From positions 159,033-223,032 of IMG/VR virus record IMGVR_UViG_3300011980_000002: a stretch of DNA of 64,000 nt, one strand, 5' to 3'. Position 1 is the first letter of the stretch. The number at the start of each line of letters is the position of its first letter. Below the pieces are notes generated by a model. The model saw only the letters and a program-made list of their open reading frames with translations, made no database searches and had not been told where the DNA came from. Positions 37,955 to 47,210 of this stretch are shown in pieces. This DNA comes from a virus. The position numbers were made by a program, and so were the translations under genes.

Positions 37955-38557
37955 ATGATAAAGATAGAAAAAGATTATAAAGATAAATGGGGTAAAATCC
38001 CAAAAGATTTACATGGAAGATTAGAATTATTGCTATTATCATTAAAGAATAAGAAATCTAAAAAATCTATATCTAAATTAATAAAATCTATTAAAGATAT
38101 AGAATGGTTGTCTTATAAATTTACAATATATTTATTACCAAAAGCTACGCCAAGACCAAGATTACAAAGATTTGGTGGTACATTTTATGTATCAGGAGCT
38201 CATGATAATAAAAAAATATTTAAGAAGTATTTAAAAGATAATCCTCATGATATTATTCATACACCAATGATATTCCATTCTAAAGTATATTTACCAACTC
38301 CAGAATCTATGAGTATAGAAGATAAGTTATTAGCAGAAATGGGATATATTAGACCAATATCTAAACCTGATTTCGATAATGTCGCTAAAACATATGCAGA
38401 TATGATTCAAGATTCATTAATATTAGATGATGCTTTAATTATTACAGGTATTAGTGAGAAATACTATTCTATTAAACCAAGGATAGAGATTTCGATTAAA
38501 TATATGAAAGAATTCGATTCTTTATTTAATAAAAAGAAAATAGAGAAAAGAATATAG
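37955..38557 (+). CDS. RusA-like Holliday junction resolvase
   Basis: LLPKATPRPRLQRFGGTFYVSG ... SKPDFDNVAKTYADMIQDSLILDDALI ... KPRIEISIKY matches the RusA pattern (PD.DN..K...D.L...DD..I...K...I.I). Confidence 0.6.
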   Translation: MIKIEKDYKDKWGKIPKDLHGRLELLLLSLKNKKSKKSISKLIKSIKDIEWLSYKFTIYLLPKATPRPRLQRFGGTFYVSGAHDNKKIFKKYLKDNPHDIIHTPMIFHSKVYLPTPESMSIEDKLLAEMGYIRPISKPDFDNVAKTYADMIQDSLILDDALIITGISEKYYSIKPRIEISIKYMKEFDSLFNKKKIEKRI

Positions 38558-38621
38558 ATAATATTAATTACCTTTAAACTATAAAGGTAATTAAGAAAAA
38601 GAAAGGGTTAATATTGTATTT

Positions 38622-38954
38622 ATGAAAGTTACTAATACTAATAAAGCAATGATGATATTAATTTTACTGGTTGGATATGTCGGTATATCATATGTATATT
38701 ATAGGAGATTTATGAACCCATTATGGATAGCTTCTATAATATCATTAGTATTATGGATGTTTGGTGAATTGATAAATCATATGAATATATTTGTAAGAAT
38801 ATGTGGAATGATATTTGTAATATCATTTTTATGTTTAATGGGATTATTCATTTGGAAACTATTGACAGGATATAGTGATAGCTTAACTATATTTATATCA
38901 TTATACCTAATATGTTTAGGTTTAATAAATGATATAAGAAGAATAAAGAATTAG
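38622..38954 (+). CDS. Small integral membrane protein (3 predicted TM segments), holin-like size
   Basis: 110 aa with three hydrophobic stretches and a basic C-terminus (DIRRIKN). SD AAGAAAGGG. Lies between the resolvase and the SleB-like hydrolase. Confidence 0.5.
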   Translation: MKVTNTNKAMMILILLVGYVGISYVYYRRFMNPLWIASIISLVLWMFGELINHMNIFVRICGMIFVISFLCLMGLFIWKLLTGYSDSLTIFISLYLICLGLINDIRRIKN

Positions 38955-38957
38955 TTT

Positions 38958-38994
38958 ATTATGGATAGGGATTTATTCTCTATCCATAATTTTT
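38958..38994 (+). terminator. Intrinsic terminator
   Basis: ATTATGGATAG / CTATCCATAAT followed by TTTT. Confidence 0.65.
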
Positions 38995-39014
38995 ACCGTT
39001 TTTTGTTAATTGGT

Positions 39015-39043
39015 TATATAATATTGATTTGTGATAGTATATG
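39015..39043 (+). promoter_or_regulatory. Orphan early-class promoter-like motif (no ORF behind it)
   Basis: TATATAATATTGATTTGTGATAGTATATG follows terminator 38958 and a TTTTACCGTTTTTTG box. No ORF of 60 aa or more and no SD+ATG lie in the next roughly 340 nt. Confidence 0.4.
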
Positions 39044-39384
39044 TGATATACATTTTTAATAAGTATGCATCATTTATTAATTTAAAAGATGGAATACATG
39101 AAATGTAAAAAGTTCATAAAAGAAAGCCTATTTCTTTATAAACTAATTCACAAATTTAAATTAAAAAGAAAGGAGACAGTTCGAAACTATTTCTATTAAT
39201 ATTTTATGAGGATATTATAGAGATAATTTCAAAATGTATCAAACTTACTTAACTCACCTATTCTATATTGATATTTAATATAAGTATGGGAATATTCCAT
39301 TGGGTTTGGTAGTTAGTCAAGTAAACAAATAGAAAGGGGATTTGCCACATTTTTAATAAAAATATGACAATATAATTTCTATAA

Positions 39385-40407
39385 GTGGCAAAAACAACGA
39401 TTATGAATTTTCAAAGAAATATTAACGATCCTAATAGAGAGGTCTATAGGAATAGTAAAAGAGTTATTCTTAAACCAGTAAAGAAAAGAATTATTAATGG
39501 TAATATGATAATGAATATATTTGCACTTATGATATTACTATATGCAGTTATTTATGTATCATCAATTAAGTTAATGGATGTTAAAGCAGATGAAAATACT
39601 ATCACAAATACAAGTAGCGTTCAGTATGTTCCTATAGTAGAAACTAATGGTGTTCCTAAAGAAATACCATTAGTAATTCCAGTAACAGAAGTTCCATCTA
39701 CTGAAACTGTAGAAAGTACTGAAGCTACAAATAATAATGATAATGAACCAATTAGAGTATCTAAACACGATACATCTAATGAAGGTCCTATTGTAAAGAT
39801 ACGAGAAGAGGAAAGAGAATTATCTGACCTTGAAAAGTATGGTTATGATATGGAACAGTTCACAATCAAGTACGCAGCAACAGGTATACATATCAGAGAA
39901 CAGGCTAATGCTGATTCTAATGTAATCGATAGCGTTGAAAAGAATACTGAGCTTAAAGTATTAGGAGATGCTAAAGATAATAGTGATTGGTATGCTGTTA
40001 AGTATAATGACAATGTATATTATGTTGCAAAGAACTATGTATCAGATGAATACATAGAAAGAAACTATACAGATGAAGATTTAGATATCTTGGCTCATGT
40101 GATATGTGGTGAAGCACAAACATATGATGACCAGGAACAACAGTATATCGCATCTGTAGTATTAAACAGAGTTAAACACTCTGCTTACCCAAATACTATC
40201 AGAGGTGTAGTATTCCAAAGAGGACAGTATAGTTGTACTTGGGATGGAAACTATTATAGAACACCTACAGAAAGGAATTGGGCTAATGCAAAATACATTC
40301 TTGAGAATGGTAGTATATTACCAGATAATGTAGTATACCAATCTCAAGTTAGACAAGGTCGCGGAGTTTATGTGAAAACAAAATATCATTATTATTGTAT
40401 TAAGTAA
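39385..40407 (+). CDS. Membrane-anchored cell-wall hydrolase: TM anchor + SH3b + SleB/CwlJ (Hydrolase_2) domain
   Basis: EDLDILAHVICGEAQTYDDQEQQYIASVVLNRVKHSAYPNTIRGVVFQRGQYSCTWDG matches the SleB domain (LLArvV.aEArgE...AVAaVvLNRv....FP.Tv.gVi.Q.gQF). SH3b segment GIHIREQANADSNVIDSVEKNTELKVLG..WYAVKY. TM segment IMNIFALMILLYAVIYVS. The start is uncertain (GTG 39385 or ATG 39403) and neither has a good SD. Confidence 0.8.
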   Translation: MAKTTIMNFQRNINDPNREVYRNSKRVILKPVKKRIINGNMIMNIFALMILLYAVIYVSSIKLMDVKADENTITNTSSVQYVPIVETNGVPKEIPLVIPVTEVPSTETVESTEATNNNDNEPIRVSKHDTSNEGPIVKIREEERELSDLEKYGYDMEQFTIKYAATGIHIREQANADSNVIDSVEKNTELKVLGDAKDNSDWYAVKYNDNVYYVAKNYVSDEYIERNYTDEDLDILAHVICGEAQTYDDQEQQYIASVVLNRVKHSAYPNTIRGVVFQRGQYSCTWDGNYYRTPTERNWANAKYILENGSILPDNVVYQSQVRQGRGVYVKTKYHYYCIK

Positions 40408-40432
40408 TTAAAGTTACTTAATAAGAAGTAAG

Positions 40433-40474
40433 ATAAAGATACTGTATAATAAAAATACAGTATCTTTATTTTTT
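40433..40474 (+). terminator. Cassette terminator
   Basis: ATAAAGATACTGTAT / ATACAGTATCTTTAT followed by a T-run. Confidence 0.75.
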
Positions 40475-40496
40475 ATCCGTATTTCCTATATATACC

Positions 40497-40533
40497 GATA
40501 TACTATTTATGTGTAAGTAAAATAAATATATAT
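40497..40533 (+). promoter_or_regulatory. Early-class promoter-like motif (class 1)
   Basis: GATATACTATTTATGTGTAAGTAAAATAAATATATAT, with ATCCGTATTTCC box upstream. Confidence 0.65.
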
Positions 40534-40549
40534 AAAGGAGAAAAGAAAT

Positions 40550-40792
40550 ATGAAAAAGAATATTTATTCAATTTCTGGAACAATCCAGGAATCATATGAA
40601 GTCGCTTATGAGCTTGGCGACTTCGTCCAACTCGGAAGCTCAGATTACATAGTCGCTTCAGACTTCAGTGGCGACTATGCAGCAGCTGTTGCTTGGGGAA
40701 ACAGTTGCAACATCGGAGACCCCCAACCATGGGAGCTGGAGACCTTGAAAGAGGTCGACCCAGACTTCCACCAAAAATATATAGCCTCATAA
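40550..40792 (+). CDS. Small acidic early-cassette protein encoded in a GC-rich island
   Basis: 80-aa ORF behind early motif 40497 and the fixed SD, with its own terminator at 40779. About 53% G+C over 40611-40780 by hand count. The protein is strongly acidic. Confidence 0.55.
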   Translation: MKKNIYSISGTIQESYEVAYELGDFVQLGSSDYIVASDFSGDYAAAVAWGNSCNIGDPQPWELETLKEVDPDFHQKYIAS

Positions 40793-40811
40793 GGGGCTAT
40801 ATATTTTTTTG
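40779..40811 (+). terminator. Intrinsic terminator of the GC-island gene
   Basis: ATATAGCC / GGCTATAT followed by T7. Confidence 0.65.
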
Positions 40812-40876
40812 TAATAATCTCTTAAAGCACTTTATTATAACTAAACTATATGAAAGGAACATAGATAAATTTCATT

Positions 40877-41644
40877 ATGATTAAAACATATTCGATTATA
40901 AATGATAAATTATATAGATATGATGTTCTTCTTCCTGAGAAAGAAGCTACATTTTCTAATAAGAAAATTAATGATATCTATAGAGAAAGAAATGGTGGAA
41001 GATTGTCTGTTACTAATACAATTATTACAGATATTACTAAAACAAATATTGAAAAATATACAGAAGCTAAAACTACTATTACGGATAAAAAAATTAAAGG
41101 TTATGATATATTAGTAACTGGCTCATGTAAACTATTACTCAATATTACTTTCTTAGATAAAGATGGTAGTATTATAGAAGAAGGTATTAGAGTTCATAAT
41201 GTTGGATTAATAAGTATACCTGTTATGTATCTAGCTAAAGATAATGATTTAAAGTATACTATCTGTAATAAGGTTTATACTTGGTTACCAAGATTATTCA
41301 CAAGAGATACTGGATTAGGAATACATAAAGAATATGAGAAGATATCATCTATAAGAATTAATAGTATTACACTATTAGCAGATGTTAAAGATAGTAGTAG
41401 TAATAGTGATACTATTACTAAGATATCTCCTACTATTATAGATAAAACTTTAACCCCAGATTCTCATACTATAGAATTAGTAAAGAATAACAGAATTCAG
41501 TTATTTAATGATGAGAACGGTCATGTTATTAATGTAGCTGATAATGTAGATTATGTGGAGTATTTTATTAATATCACATTTGATAGTGGTTCATTTGTTA
41601 CTACCGATGATAGTATTGACGAATTACTAAAAGCTAATCATTAA
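40877..41644 (+). CDS. Hypothetical protein
   Basis: 255-aa ORF with SD GAAAGGAA upstream. Confidence 0.55.
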   Translation: MIKTYSIINDKLYRYDVLLPEKEATFSNKKINDIYRERNGGRLSVTNTIITDITKTNIEKYTEAKTTITDKKIKGYDILVTGSCKLLLNITFLDKDGSIIEEGIRVHNVGLISIPVMYLAKDNDLKYTICNKVYTWLPRLFTRDTGLGIHKEYEKISSIRINSITLLADVKDSSSNSDTITKISPTIIDKTLTPDSHTIELVKNNRIQLFNDENGHVINVADNVDYVEYFINITFDSGSFVTTDDSIDELLKANH

Positions 41645-41680
41645 ATTTTTTTACTTAATATTAGGCATTTTATTGGTAAT

Positions 41681-41697
41681 AAAAAACATTACCTTAA
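41681..41697 (+). promoter_or_regulatory. AACA-N6-TA late-type promoter candidate
   Basis: AAAAAACATTACCTTAA, 50 nt upstream of ATG 41734. Confidence 0.5.
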
Positions 41698-41733
41698 ATT
41701 TTAAATAAAAAGAAAGGGGTAAAAAAATTATCC

Positions 41734-43029
41734 ATGGGAATAGTTAATGACCTACAAAAAATAGCTAGAACCGGTGCTAATATTGCGGCTGCTAAAGAAA
41801 GCTTATTAAAAACCAGTATAGCTAAAAGAGCCAATGATTCAATATTCCAATTTCCATGTATAGTATCTAATACTATACCTATAGATATGGCATCTACTAT
41901 AACTAAACTACTTGATAGAAACTATGCTTCATTTGTACAGATAGTTTTATCACATATAGCAAATGTAGATTTATCTGTAAATAGAACTCCTAATCAATTC
42001 CTTAAATCAGTACATCAAAACATGAGATTGGAATCAGGTAATGATGATGATATCTATGAACAAGATTTATATAATGGGGAAAATATATTTGCTGTTAATG
42101 AAGAAAGTGGAATAGCTTTTGTTATGGAAGCTCATAAAGGTGGACATATTAAAAATCTTAGACAGTTGAATATTCATGAATGTAGAGAGTATTTATCAGA
42201 TTATGATATTAGACCATTTATGGAAGCTGATATGAACTTAGAGCCTGGCGATATTACAGTTTCTGGTTTATTAGCAAATAGTGCCAGAAATAATGCTTTG
42301 AAAAAAGAAATCGATATTACTAAGGTAAATGCTGAGATTTCTAAGAATCTTAAAGGTCCTCAATTAACGTATAATGATGTTAAAAAATTAAATGATTTAA
42401 CTCCATATGCAATAGAGGTTAAACTTAATGTAATTGATGAAGAAAATAGATTCGTTGAGTATTGGAATTTAGTAGTTGGTGTTAAGACAATACTACATTT
42501 AGTAGATTCTAATGAGATTATAGAGAATATCTCAAGAGCTATACAAAATAGAGGTTTCTTCTTAAAGTTAATAAAATGGACTACTGGAGAAATTAGTTTC
42601 TTTAAAGATATTATTTTAGGACTTGATGATATTAAGTTTGATAATCTTTCAAGAGATAAAGGCTATAGTAGATTTTTCCCAACCTTAAGAAGATTAAAAG
42701 AAAGAAAAGTAGCATTTAGAAATTTTAAACCAGATAAAATAGTTCCAAATGCATCTTTAATAATTTCTTCTTATGAGTTATTTGAAATTCAGAAGAGATT
42801 TAATATAAATCTTAAAGACCTTAAGATAGCCAGAAAGTTAATGAGTCAATTATTCTTAATGACATTTGTTATTATAGATGATTCTACTCAGACTGTAGAT
42901 ATTCTGTATGATGGAGATAATACCATTGGAACAGGTTTCCAGACTTATGCATTAGAGACTATTGAAAGAGAAATGAATCTTTCTTCTAATAGACTTGGTA
43001 AAGAGATTGGAAGAATGATATCAAGATAG
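41734..43029 (+). CDS. Hypothetical late protein (possible structural)
   Basis: 431-aa ORF with SD AGAAAGGGG. AACA-N6-TA motif at 41681. Confidence 0.6.
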   Translation: MGIVNDLQKIARTGANIAAAKESLLKTSIAKRANDSIFQFPCIVSNTIPIDMASTITKLLDRNYASFVQIVLSHIANVDLSVNRTPNQFLKSVHQNMRLESGNDDDIYEQDLYNGENIFAVNEESGIAFVMEAHKGGHIKNLRQLNIHECREYLSDYDIRPFMEADMNLEPGDITVSGLLANSARNNALKKEIDITKVNAEISKNLKGPQLTYNDVKKLNDLTPYAIEVKLNVIDEENRFVEYWNLVVGVKTILHLVDSNEIIENISRAIQNRGFFLKLIKWTTGEISFFKDIILGLDDIKFDNLSRDKGYSRFFPTLRRLKERKVAFRNFKPDKIVPNASLIISSYELFEIQKRFNINLKDLKIARKLMSQLFLMTFVIIDDSTQTVDILYDGDNTIGTGFQTYALETIEREMNLSSNRLGKEIGRMISR

Positions 43030-43082
43030 TTCTTTAATAATAAAAAATATTATGAAAGGAAAATTTTCAAAGTTCAAATATT

Positions 43083-44099
43083 ATGATTTATAAAGAGATA
43101 GAAACTCTTATGGAATCAGCTAACATACTTCGTGGTGATACGGTTAGTCTATTAAGAAATCATGAAATTTCTACTGTATTGGAAGATGTTAATTCTCCCA
43201 TAAGAAATAAGTTTAATGAGAAACTATTTGATTCAGTCATTGATAAGAAACATATTGACTTTGATAATATCCCTAATTCTAAAGGTGATATTGATAAGTA
43301 TGTTGGAACTAAACCGATGAAAGAAACATTGGTTGTATTGGCTGGATTACAATCTGATATGAAAAATATATCAGATGATTATATAAATACTATAAGTACT
43401 GCTATAAGTAATATAGCTAGGTATAAAGATTTATATAGTAATGGATTTAAGTTAAAGAATGATTTTGTTATGCTGGAGTATAATACTTTAGTATATACAT
43501 GTGTGGAAGCAACAACTTCTTTAATATATCAATTTGTAGATATATTTAAGAACCCTACTCAAGATACTAATACTTTAGTAATTAGGAATACTAAGTATAA
43601 AGCTAATTTATTCTACTTAGACCAATTAAGAAAGTATAACACAGTTATTAAGAAAATGGGTAATGACTATAGAAAATATCTTAATAATATGCTGGAAAAA
43701 GGTAATGAAAGTAATTTCATCGGTACTGCTACTATGGTAGGTGCAGCTACGGTTGGATTAGTAGCTTTGTCTATAATACCTATAACTAGAGAATTGGTTA
43801 ATCAGTATTATAATATAAGACATAAGTTATCATCTTCCTTAGCTTACCATGCTTATCTATTAGAGATGAATAAAGCTATAGTAGAAGGTAATAATACCTT
43901 TAATGCTAGTAAGAAAAAATCTATATTGGCTAAACAAGAAAGTATTAAAAATCAATTAATCAAATTGTCAGATTTACTTAGAGTATCTAATGTAAAGACC
44001 AGTGAAAAGAGAATAGCTAATATAGAAAAAGAAAATAAGACTATGACAATAGATTCTATTAAGCGTCAAGTTGATTCTTCTCCACTTGAATTATTGTAA
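43083..44099 (+). CDS. Hypothetical protein with one central TM-like segment
   Basis: 338-aa ORF with hydrophobic FIGTATMVGAATVGLVALSIIPI. Confidence 0.55.
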   Translation: MIYKEIETLMESANILRGDTVSLLRNHEISTVLEDVNSPIRNKFNEKLFDSVIDKKHIDFDNIPNSKGDIDKYVGTKPMKETLVVLAGLQSDMKNISDDYINTISTAISNIARYKDLYSNGFKLKNDFVMLEYNTLVYTCVEATTSLIYQFVDIFKNPTQDTNTLVIRNTKYKANLFYLDQLRKYNTVIKKMGNDYRKYLNNMLEKGNESNFIGTATMVGAATVGLVALSIIPITRELVNQYYNIRHKLSSSLAYHAYLLEMNKAIVEGNNTFNASKKKSILAKQESIKNQLIKLSDLLRVSNVKTSEKRIANIEKENKTMTIDSIKRQVDSSPLELL

Positions 44100-44142
44100 A
44101 TTTAAAATGATTATGGAAAGGATTAAAGGCTAAATTAAAGTC

Positions 44143-44865
44143 ATGGGAAAAGAGTACAATAACTATGTCAACACAACTATTGATTATCTTATTAGAAATA
44201 TAAATCGTTTTGATAATAATGGTATGGAGTTATGTGAAAATGAAGATTTATATATAGATGAAATGAGAAGATGTAAAGATATTATCTATCGTTTCTTCTA
44301 TAGAGAAAATGAAGGATCAATAGTTGAAGATATATATGAAAAAGTTAAAGACCCTAAATTAAAACTCATAAGAATTAATATTCCTACATATAATATAGAT
44401 GAATATCTTGATAAGTGTAGAAAATATTATGAAGGTTTATGCGAGTTTATTGATGATTTAAAAGATGAGGGAATTAATGATGAGGAAAAATTCATTGAAA
44501 AGATGAAATCTTATATAGAAAGGGATAGAGTATTTAGGACTAATTTACTATATGAAGTTAAAAAATCTGATAATAATATTAACTTAGTAGACTGGGTAAA
44601 TAATTTTAATAAGTTAATATCATTAAAAGATGATATAAATAAATTTATTAAATTCGCTAAGAATGAATTGGATAGAGTTTGTAGTAAGAGTGCTAAGTTT
44701 GATACTGTATGTTATCTGTATAAGAATTCTACATTAATTTTCATAATGAATGCAATACTTATGATAATTGAATCTTATAGAGAACTTGTTAGAGTGGTAT
44801 ATGAGAAAGAAACTATCAAAAGTGCTAATAACACATTAGATGATAATAAATTTGTTGTTTTATAA
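44143..44865 (+). CDS. Hypothetical protein
   Basis: 240-aa ORF with SD GGAAAGGA. Confidence 0.55.
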   Translation: MGKEYNNYVNTTIDYLIRNINRFDNNGMELCENEDLYIDEMRRCKDIIYRFFYRENEGSIVEDIYEKVKDPKLKLIRINIPTYNIDEYLDKCRKYYEGLCEFIDDLKDEGINDEEKFIEKMKSYIERDRVFRTNLLYEVKKSDNNINLVDWVNNFNKLISLKDDINKFIKFAKNELDRVCSKSAKFDTVCYLYKNSTLIFIMNAILMIIESYRELVRVVYEKETIKSANNTLDDNKFVVL

Positions 44866-44962
44866 GAAAGATCTACTTGAAAAGAATACATTACTAAATA
44901 TTACTCATAATCCCTAATGTGTATATTGCATAATTCAATAAAATAATAAAGGGACAGGTAGC

Positions 44963-45625
44963 ATGGTTATGAAAAGTACACAATCAAACTTATACGACTC
45001 AATAATAAATGAAGTTGAAAAAATATGTCGTTATGAAAATGAATTTAGTAAATTAACTGAAGAAGAACTTAAATTAATAGAAGATAGCGGAAGAGATTTA
45101 GACTTAATGAGTTTTATCTTTATTAAGAAAGATGAAATATTAGCTGATAAATTATTAAGAGCTTTTGTTAATTTTAAAGTGATTATAGATAGATTCTTTA
45201 GACTAAGCATATCAGCAGCATCTGATATTAAAGTGAGTCAAATTAAACATCATAAAATGATGTGGAATTATCTTTATAGGGATATGGAAAAAGTTAAACT
45301 TCTCAAACATAGTGGAAAGTTATACGACTTTGATAGTAATGCAGATATTGCTAAAACCAGCTTTTGTAATTATTTAGAGAGTATAGAAGAAAAGGTTTCT
45401 AAAATAATTGAAGTATCTGATATTCATGATAAGTCATATGTGGACTCAGATGAATTCATTTCACAATTTAAGAAAGCATATTATGAGATTACTTTATTTA
45501 TGAACTTACTAGAGGTTGAATTGGAACTCCATAATGATTTAAGGTCATCAAAGATAATAATTGCACATTTATTAGAGATGATGGTAATATTATCAATATC
45601 CGCAAGGACAATTGAAATATTCTAA
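44963..45625 (+). CDS. Hypothetical protein
   Basis: 220-aa ORF with SD AAAGGGA. ATG 44969 is an alternative start. A bidirectional terminator lies downstream. Confidence 0.5.
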   Translation: MVMKSTQSNLYDSIINEVEKICRYENEFSKLTEEELKLIEDSGRDLDLMSFIFIKKDEILADKLLRAFVNFKVIIDRFFRLSISAASDIKVSQIKHHKMMWNYLYRDMEKVKLLKHSGKLYDFDSNADIAKTSFCNYLESIEEKVSKIIEVSDIHDKSYVDSDEFISQFKKAYYEITLFMNLLEVELELHNDLRSSKIIIAHLLEMMVILSISARTIEIF

Positions 45626-45637
45626 AATACAAATAAT

Positions 45638-45690
45638 ATCCCCATATATACCTAGATAATATAAATAGGTATATATGGGGATAAAATTTT
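45638..45690. terminator. Bidirectional terminator
   Basis: ATCCCCATATATACCT / AGGTATATATGGGGAT between convergent genes. Confidence 0.75.
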
Positions 45691-45713
45691 TACTGGAGTT
45701 ACTACGTCACTAA

Positions 45714-47075
45714 CTAATTGGTATTAGTAGTAGTTGAAACAAATGGTTTACTAATTTGTTCATCATTTAAATCTGTAGTATGATTTTCTATTTCATCATT
45801 ACTATCTTCTATATCTTCTACAGTTTCTTCTTCTGTTTCTTTTATTTCTTCAGGTCTATTTAATTTTAAAAACTCATCTTTTATTGATTGCAATTTTTCT
45901 ATATTATCATTCTCATCATAATCAATATTAAAGGTATTACACCAATTCATTAATTCCAATACCTGAGTTTTCTCTGAGATAAAATCTTTAAGTATTATTA
46001 ATTTCTCATTATCACTAATACCCTGAGCCATTACTGGGATATCGAAATTATTATCCAAAATCCACTTATATGCATTAGCAATTGACTCTTTTGTTTTCTT
46101 CTCCATTAATGATTTTCTTTCAGGATGATCAGGAGACATTACATTCTTATCTATCAATAAATCTGAATAGTTTTCAAATATTAAATCTATAGATTTAATA
46201 AATTCTATCATCTTATCTTCATCTTCTTTAGAAGAGAATTTATGATAAATCAATTTAAACATATTAGAGATAGAGGTTCTTGCAAATGATACTTCTATAA
46301 CATCATTAACATCTGTATGAACTATCATTCTCATATTAATAAATAAAAATAGATTATTATACTTATAAAAGTCTTTACCACAGAATGTATATTCAATATC
46401 AGCTAGTTTAGATATAATATCTTCTTTATATCCCAGTTTAACTATCTTAGTGGTAAATCTTCTTGTAATATCTAAGAATCTTGATTTGGTAGTAAATGAG
46501 TCGATAATAGATTTTATTTCCTTATCTTTAAACTCGTTAATTCTATCTAATAGATATTCCATAGTCTTAGATTTATCATAAGCTTCTAATCTCTTAGATA
46601 TTTTAATCTTTTCTTTAGAGTCTTCAGTTTCTTCTAACTTCTTTCTAAGTTCCTCTAGTTTCTTATTCTCATTCTCTTTATACTCATCAGAATTAATGTA
46701 TTTATCATAATCTTCCATTGCTGAATTAATCTGATTATAAATCTCATCTCTATTCTTAATCAATGAGATTATATTATCTTCACCAAACTTCTTAATATTA
46801 ACAAGATTCTCTCTAAGAGCATTAACTCTTAATTCTAATTCTTCTGGAAACTCAATACTACTATCTGGATGTTTATAAGTATTATATAAAGAGATAACTG
46901 TACCAGATGAAAATAATTCTATCTGTTCTTTAGTGAACTTATCAAGTTCAATAACTATTTCCATCTTAACACCATATTTATCTTTTAAATCATCTCTAAA
47001 CATATCCAGTGCCATTTCAAGCTGTTCATCAGCACTCTTCTTTAATTCTAATAATGATCTTACATCGTCATTCAT
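45714..47075 (-). CDS. Hypothetical coiled-coil protein with acidic C-terminus
   Basis: 453-aa ORF on the minus strand with SD AGGAAAGGAAG. Rich in E/K heptad-like stretches. Confidence 0.6.
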   Translation of the reverse strand: MNDDVRSLLELKKSADEQLEMALDMFRDDLKDKYGVKMEIVIELDKFTKEQIELFSSGTVISLYNTYKHPDSSIEFPEELELRVNALRENLVNIKKFGEDNIISLIKNRDEIYNQINSAMEDYDKYINSDEYKENENKKLEELRKKLEETEDSKEKIKISKRLEAYDKSKTMEYLLDRINEFKDKEIKSIIDSFTTKSRFLDITRRFTTKIVKLGYKEDIISKLADIEYTFCGKDFYKYNNLFLFINMRMIVHTDVNDVIEVSFARTSISNMFKLIYHKFSSKEDEDKMIEFIKSIDLIFENYSDLLIDKNVMSPDHPERKSLMEKKTKESIANAYKWILDNNFDIPVMAQGISDNEKLIILKDFISEKTQVLELMNWCNTFNIDYDENDNIEKLQSIKDEFLKLNRPEEIKETEEETVEDIEDSNDEIENHTTDLNDEQISKPFVSTTTNTN

Positions 47076-47161
47076 TATAAAAAATCTTCCTTTCCTGTAT
47101 TATTAGTTAAAGACTTGTATATTTATTAGTAATAAATTAATAACGATATTATACCAATTAT

Positions 47162-47190
47162 TATATAATATTAATTTGTAATAAAATAAT
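47162..47190 (+). promoter_or_regulatory. Early-class promoter-like motif (class 2)
   Basis: TATATAATATTAATTTGTAATAAAATAAT is identical over 29 nt to the copy at 4961. Confidence 0.6.
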
Positions 47191-47210
47191 TTTAAAGGAG
47201 AAAAAGAAAT

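Noticed and set aside
40693-40884. 63-aa ORF overlapping the 3' half of 40550..40792 in another frame.
   Set aside because: It is an artefact of the stop-poor GC-rich island. It has no SD, reads through the terminator hairpin, and has an Arg/Pro-rich composition.
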